Positions 58,593 through 64,000 of a DNA stretch of 64,000 bases are shown here, piece after piece. Within the stretch, counting starts at the first letter, position 1. The number at the start of each line of letters is the position of its first letter. The position numbers and the translations under genes were made by a program. The DNA is from Lytechinus pictus (Eukaryota): positions 22,074,001 to 22,138,000 of the forward strand of contig NC_087252.1 in NCBI RefSeq assembly GCF_037042905.1, in the 5' to 3' direction. The notes under the pieces are model-generated. The model ran no database searches. It saw only the letters and a program-made list of their open reading frames with translations, and had not been told where the DNA came from.

Positions 58593-59271
58593 TTGGATTT
58601 GGGTTTGATTACAACTTTTTCTGTAACGGGCTCCTGTTTATCTATGCTGACACCCCGGGGCATTTTATTAATGGGAGAACGGAATAGGCCTATACCCGAT
58701 GCTGTAGGCCTATTATTAGCGAGGGTGTTTTTTTTTGCACCTCTACGCATTACGAATTCAAGAATACAGTAAATCTATTGAAAATGCCTGTCAAATGACA
58801 ATGAACAGCCGGAAGGTCTTTGTCGAAAACCGGAAAACAGGAACAGCAGTTTCGTCCTAAGTTTCAGAGCTGACAATTGCAAATACATCGTTCACCCAGC
58901 TATAATCCATGCAGGGCGAAACTGCTTACTAGTATTTCATTCACCGATTTTTGACAAAACTTCTTGGTTGTTCATTGTCCTGAATGGTATTTGACAATAC
59001 ATTTTCTGTGTTCGTGAATCCGTCGTGGATTGCAGAGCAAAAACTCCCTATTTAGTTTTCGCTATAAGGCACGTAGGGATGATTCAAGAATGTTCAGAGT
59101 AAATGTGCAATTGTCAAATGCCTGTCATGACAAAGGACAAGAAGAAGTCTTTGTCAAAAACTGGTGAATCAGAACGGCAGTTTCTGCATGGACAAATTTT
59201 TCTGTTTCTGTTAACGGCAACTCCCTACGAAGCCCCAAACCGGACATTTTTGACAACGAAAAAAAATAAAA

Positions 59272-59527
59272 TTATTACGTACGTACGTGGTATTATTACG
59301 TACGTACGTAGTAATTATTACGTACGTACGTGGTATTATTACGTACGTACGTAGTATTATTACGTACGTACGTAGTAATTATTACGTACGTACGTGGTAT
59401 TATTACGTACGTACGTAGTATTATTACGTACGTACGTAGTAATTATTACGTACGTACGTAGTATTTATTACGTACGTACGTAGTATTATTACGTACGTAC
59501 GTAGTATTTATTACGTACGTACGTAAT
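59272..59527. repeat. 21-22-bp minisatellite with palindromic TACGTACGTACGTA core
   Basis: About 12 units. Confidence 0.95.
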
Positions 59528-60050
59528 AAGCACCTCGCCGAACCTGTCGAGGAACCTGTATATAGAGTTTGGATTAATATATGGATGTCAAATTTTTCCA
59601 TTCATTTATTTCGATTTCCCCGCCTTTTGTGACTCCTGGGTGTGACTACATATTCACATTACAGCACATTGAATGATCGCTATGTGAGTTTGCTGGACGA
59701 TATGGGGAGCGGGGGGCGGGGGTCAGCTCTCCCACGTGTGATCGAGCTTTGTAGTCAGTTTGTGGCGTGGCAAGAATCAAAATTAAATATATTGTACGGT
59801 CAAAGAAACATCGTCATAAAAATCCAGGGGCCAGCATAGGCAGATCCACTACGTGGTAAAGGGGCCGGCCGCCCCTCCTCCATTGGCGAAGCGAAAAGAG
59901 GGGGAAAGAAAGAGGCAAATAACAATAGGGAGACGAGTGAATGAAAATAAGGTGAGGGGAAAACTTTGAAAATAAAAAAATCTTGATCATGCAGCTACAT
60001 AGTATATAATTTTTTTGCTCTTGCTCCGCGCTCTCGTTGCCTGTTATGAG

Positions 60051-60713
60051 CCCGGGGGGCCCACTTCCATTGACGAGTGGATACCATGCGCGACCACGGG
60101 GTCTTGAAAAGCACCCTAAACACGTATTTTCCATATTCTGAAAATGCACCCCTTAACAAGTATTGGCGTGTGAAACCCTACCCTTAACAAGTATTGGAAA
60201 CAAATACTATTGGCAAGTATTCCCAGAACTGAGCCCCTAAACAAGTACAGCGATGTATTTTCCATATTCTGAAAATGCACCCCTTAACAAGTATTGGAAA
60301 CAAAACGATACTCTTAGCAAGTATTCCCTGAAATGAACCCCTAAACAAGTACAGAGATATTTTATTGTTATGTCACGCGTCCGTCGGTAGTACCTTTAGA
60401 CACCATTATTTTGGTTTAGTACGGCCCCACCTTCCACACCTCGCGCAAATCGGACTCTAAACACGTAGTGTTGGGGCAAAAAGGACATCCTTTATAAAAC
60501 ATTTTGATTTTGTTTTATCATCCCCGCACATTTGACCCTAAACACGTATATTTTTCCTAGCGAAATAGATACCCTTTTTTCAATATTTTTGTGTTTTTGA
60601 CACCCTTATCACGTTACGTACGTAACGTGCCCTATCTTGAAAAAGACATCATTTTTACGTGTTTTTTTGGTCGCGCATGGCATCCACTCGTCAATGTAAG
60701 TGGCCCCCCCGGG
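60051..60713. mobile_element. 663-bp MITE with CCCGGGGGG termini and 8-bp TSD GTTATGAG
   Basis: TSD at 60043-60050 and 60714-60721; empty site present in the inverted paralog at 63350-63357. Confidence 0.9.
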
Positions 60714-61680
60714 GTTATGAGATAGGCCTACATATCTTGCTCAACAGGCTGAAATGGAGATAACCAAAACATATTCAGCTCAGACATCGAGATTTATTTA
60801 TTTTGTGTAATTTACAAATTCATTTTTAAGTGCTCTGTATTTTTTTAATGGTCTGCATCTCGAAATATCTCAGCTCGAGCTTCGCCCACGCGCATTATTC
60901 ATGTGGGAAAATATATCCTTTTCATGAAAATAGTACGACTAGAGAATATAGGCCTATCCTATTTTGGGATTTAAATTTCAAACTTTGCGCACGCATCAAT
61001 CTGCCTAAATCGTGATCATAATTATTTAAAAAAAGTGCTTAGAATGTCCAGTTTTTATGTCCGAATATCAATTTTTTGCTTTTTTTCGGGCACTTTAATC
61101 TTTAAAAGGGCACCGACAAAAGTTTAAGATTTAGATAGCAGTATAACTAAACAATTTATTGATGCGAGCGGAAAAAGTTTGAGATCGAGATCTAAAAACT
61201 GAAAATTATATTTTTTAATTATGAAAAGGATAGTTATCTTCCTTTATAAATAATGTGAGCGCGAAGGAATACAAAATATGCAACTAAACAATAATTGATG
61301 CGGCGAGCGCAAAGCACGAGCGGAAAAAGTGTGAGATTTAGAAAACGGGATACTCTATTTTGTTACTATATTTATATAACCTAGAAACGGGACATTCTAA
61401 GCACATTTTGTCATCATATGAAAAGGATAACTATTATCAGTTCCTCTACCCAAGGGCGAGCTGAAAATATTGTTAATATTCCGATCTGAAAAAAGAGACA
61501 ATAAGGATTATGAATTCATAAGAAGGATTTTTTTTTTTCATTTAATAATAGGCCAAATGAGAACGCGAAATTTTGGAATTCATACAGAAGTATTCTCACT
61601 AACCAAAATGCAAGCGCGTAGTGCTAGCTGATATATTTTTGCAATCAGACCTGAACAAAAGGGATTTATTTAGCATTTAA

Positions 61681-61872
61681 TTATTACGTACGTACGTAGT
61701 ATTTATTACGTACGTACGTAGTATTATCACGTACGTACGTAGTATTATCACGTACGTACGTAGTATTATTACGTACGTACGTAGTATTATTACGTACGTA
61801 CGTAATATTTATCACGTACGTACGTAGTATTTATTACGTACGTACGTAGTATTTATTACGTACGTACGTAAT
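61681..61872. repeat. second TACGTACGTACGTA minisatellite array
   Basis: About 9 units; followed by the same 3' flank AATAAGCACCTCG.CGAACCTGT. Confidence 0.95.
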
Positions 61873-64000
61873 AAGCACCTCGTCGAACCTGTAATCTTAA
61901 CAGATCAATGACAGTCGGACTATAGATTTTGACTACTTTTGATGGATGTCAATCTTTCGATTTCCACACCTTTTGTGACTATAGATCTGCTGGACACTTA
62001 AGGGGGGTCACCCCTCCCATAATAGTGTTGGCATTATAATATTGATACATTATGTGATCGAGCTAAGTCAGTTTGTGGAGTAACAAGAACATAAAAATTA
62101 GCATAATGTACGTTCATAGAAACATTGCTATTATCACCAACATCCTAAAAGATTTTTTTTTAAGTGCAGGGGTCAGCAAAGGCGGATCCAAGAGAAAAGG
62201 ACAGCGCCCCCCCCCCCTTCCCCCTATTGGCGGCGCAATAAGAAAACTTCGGGACTCAAAAAAAAGAAAAAAGGAAAGGATCGATCGAGAGGGCAAAAAG
62301 AAATAATGAAGACGGGTCACGAGTGAATAAAATGAGGGGGGGCGGTCGAAGACTTTGAAAAAGTAATCTTTCATGTCAATTTATAAAGGTTGATATGGAG
62401 CTTAAAATATTCAATTTTAAGTCAGTACACAAACATATTCCATTTCAGACATAGAGCATTCATTATTTTGTCTGATATGCACTCGCATTATTTGAAACGT
62501 GAACTAGGTCCTTCTTCGTGTATTCCATAAAGTTCTCAAGATGGTCTATTGTTCAGGTCTTATTGTAAAAAAATATCAACTAGCACTGCGAGCTCGTGTT
62601 TTGGTTAGTGAGAATACTTCTGTATGAATTCCAAAATTTCGCGTTCTCATTCGGCCTGTCATTAAATTAAAAACTAGGTTAAAAAAATATATAGTAACAA
62701 AATAGAGTATCCCGTTTTCTTAAATCTCACACTTTTTCCGCTCGTGCTTTGCGCTCGCCGCATCAATTATTGTTTAGTTGCATTATTTGTATTCCTTCGC
62801 GCTCGCATTATTCATAAAGGAAGATAACCATCCTTTTCATAATTAAAAATATAATATTCAGTTTTTAGATCTCGATCTCAAACTTTTTCCGCTCGCATCA
62901 ATAAATTGTTTAGTTATACTGCTATCTAAATCTTAAACTTTTGTCGGTGCCCTTTTAAAGATTAAAGTGCCCGAGAAAAAAAATGCAAAAAATTGATATT
63001 CGGACCTAAAAACTGGACATTCTAAGCACCTTTTTTATAATTATGAACATGATATAGGCAGATTGATGCGAGCGCAAAGTTTGAAATTTAAATCCCGAAA
63101 TAGGATAGGCCTATATACTCTAGTCATATTTTCATGAAAAGGATGGTTATTTTCCCACATGAATAATGCGCGAGGGCGAAGCTCGAGCTGAGATATTTTG
63201 AGATGCAGACCATGCATTAAAAAAAAATACAGAGCACTTAAAAATCAATTTGTAAATTACACAAAATAAATAAAAGCTCGATGTCCGAGCTGAATATGTT
63301 TTGTTTATCTCCATTTCAGCCTGTTGAGCAAGATATTATGTAGGCCTATCTCATAACAGGCAACGAGAGCGCGGAGCAAGAGCAAAAATTTTATATACTG
63401 TAGCTGCATGATCAAGATTTTTTTATTTTCAAAGTTTTCCCCTCACCTTATTTTCATTCACTCGTCTAGCTCCCTATTCTCATTTGCCTCTTTTTAAAAT
63501 CCTTTCCTTTCCCTTCCCTCCTTTCCTTTTTTTTTCTTTCTTTCCCCCTTTTTTTCGCGTCGCCATTGCAATGGGGGAGGGGCGGCCCCTTTACCACATG
63601 GATCTGCCTATGCTGGCCCCAGTGGATTTTTATGACGATGTTTCTTTGACCGTACAATATAGATAATGTTGATTCTTGCCACGCCATTAAACTGACTACG
63701 AAGCTCGATCACACGTGGGAGAGGTGACCCGGCCCCGCCCCCGCTCTCCCCATATCGTCCAGGGGCCGATTGCACGAAAGGGTCTTTGCAAGGACCGTCT
63801 TTCGTGTCGCCCATTTTTTATGATGCGCCATGTGAAACGCATTTCAAATAAATTATCTGCAAACATATTTTATTCGTCCGTTAAAATAAACAAAATATTT
63901 GTGTATAAAATGATGTATAGCTCATGAAATTGTATAAAATTTGATTTAAAAGCAAGCTTACGAATTGTATTTGTTTATCATAAATTTCAGGAACACCCCG

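Larger units (their letters stand above)
59693..63762. repeat. kb-scale inverted duplication (arms ~59693-61635 and ~62570-63762)
   Basis: Long reverse-complement matches, e.g. 61090-61345 vs 62720-62975 and 60722-61070 vs 62995-63350. Confidence 0.9.

Noticed and set aside
59272..61872. CRISPR-like appearance of the ACGT arrays (also considered for the 100-bp array at 26431)
   Set aside because: No unique spacers, no cas genes, eukaryotic context

Overview
AT-rich, repeat-dense animal genomic DNA. The repeat landscape resembles sea urchin (echinoderm), which is inference only. The main gene is a complete minus-strand HAUS5 (augmin subunit 5) orthologue. I reconstructed it by hand as 16 coding exons, 37270->10048, 2055 nt (684 aa), with all intron phases consistent. 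Its second coding intron (34489-35742) has U12 (minor spliceosome) signals. Three of its exons have decayed tandem copies right beside them. On the plus strand is a candidate 4-exon, non-coding, 5'-TOP/TCT-initiated transcript (~42399-50665). Its first intron holds a 5.7 kb Harbinger-like element carrying a decayed spliced gene. The rest is transposon-derived: a 5'-truncated L2/CR1-group LINE, a 3 kb hAT-like relic with a 7-bp target-site duplication (TSD), and many non-autonomous elements (piggyBac-, Kolobok-, Harbinger-, hAT-, Sola-, P- and Tc1/mariner-like), often nested. There are also tRNA-derived SINEs, a 92-bp TSD-flanked insert with a minimal hammerhead-ribozyme motif, microsatellites, two ACGT-palindrome arrays and a kb-scale inverted duplication. 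Most ORFs in the supplied track are spurious. No database searches were run; family assignments rest on recalled motifs and on terminus/TSD rules.
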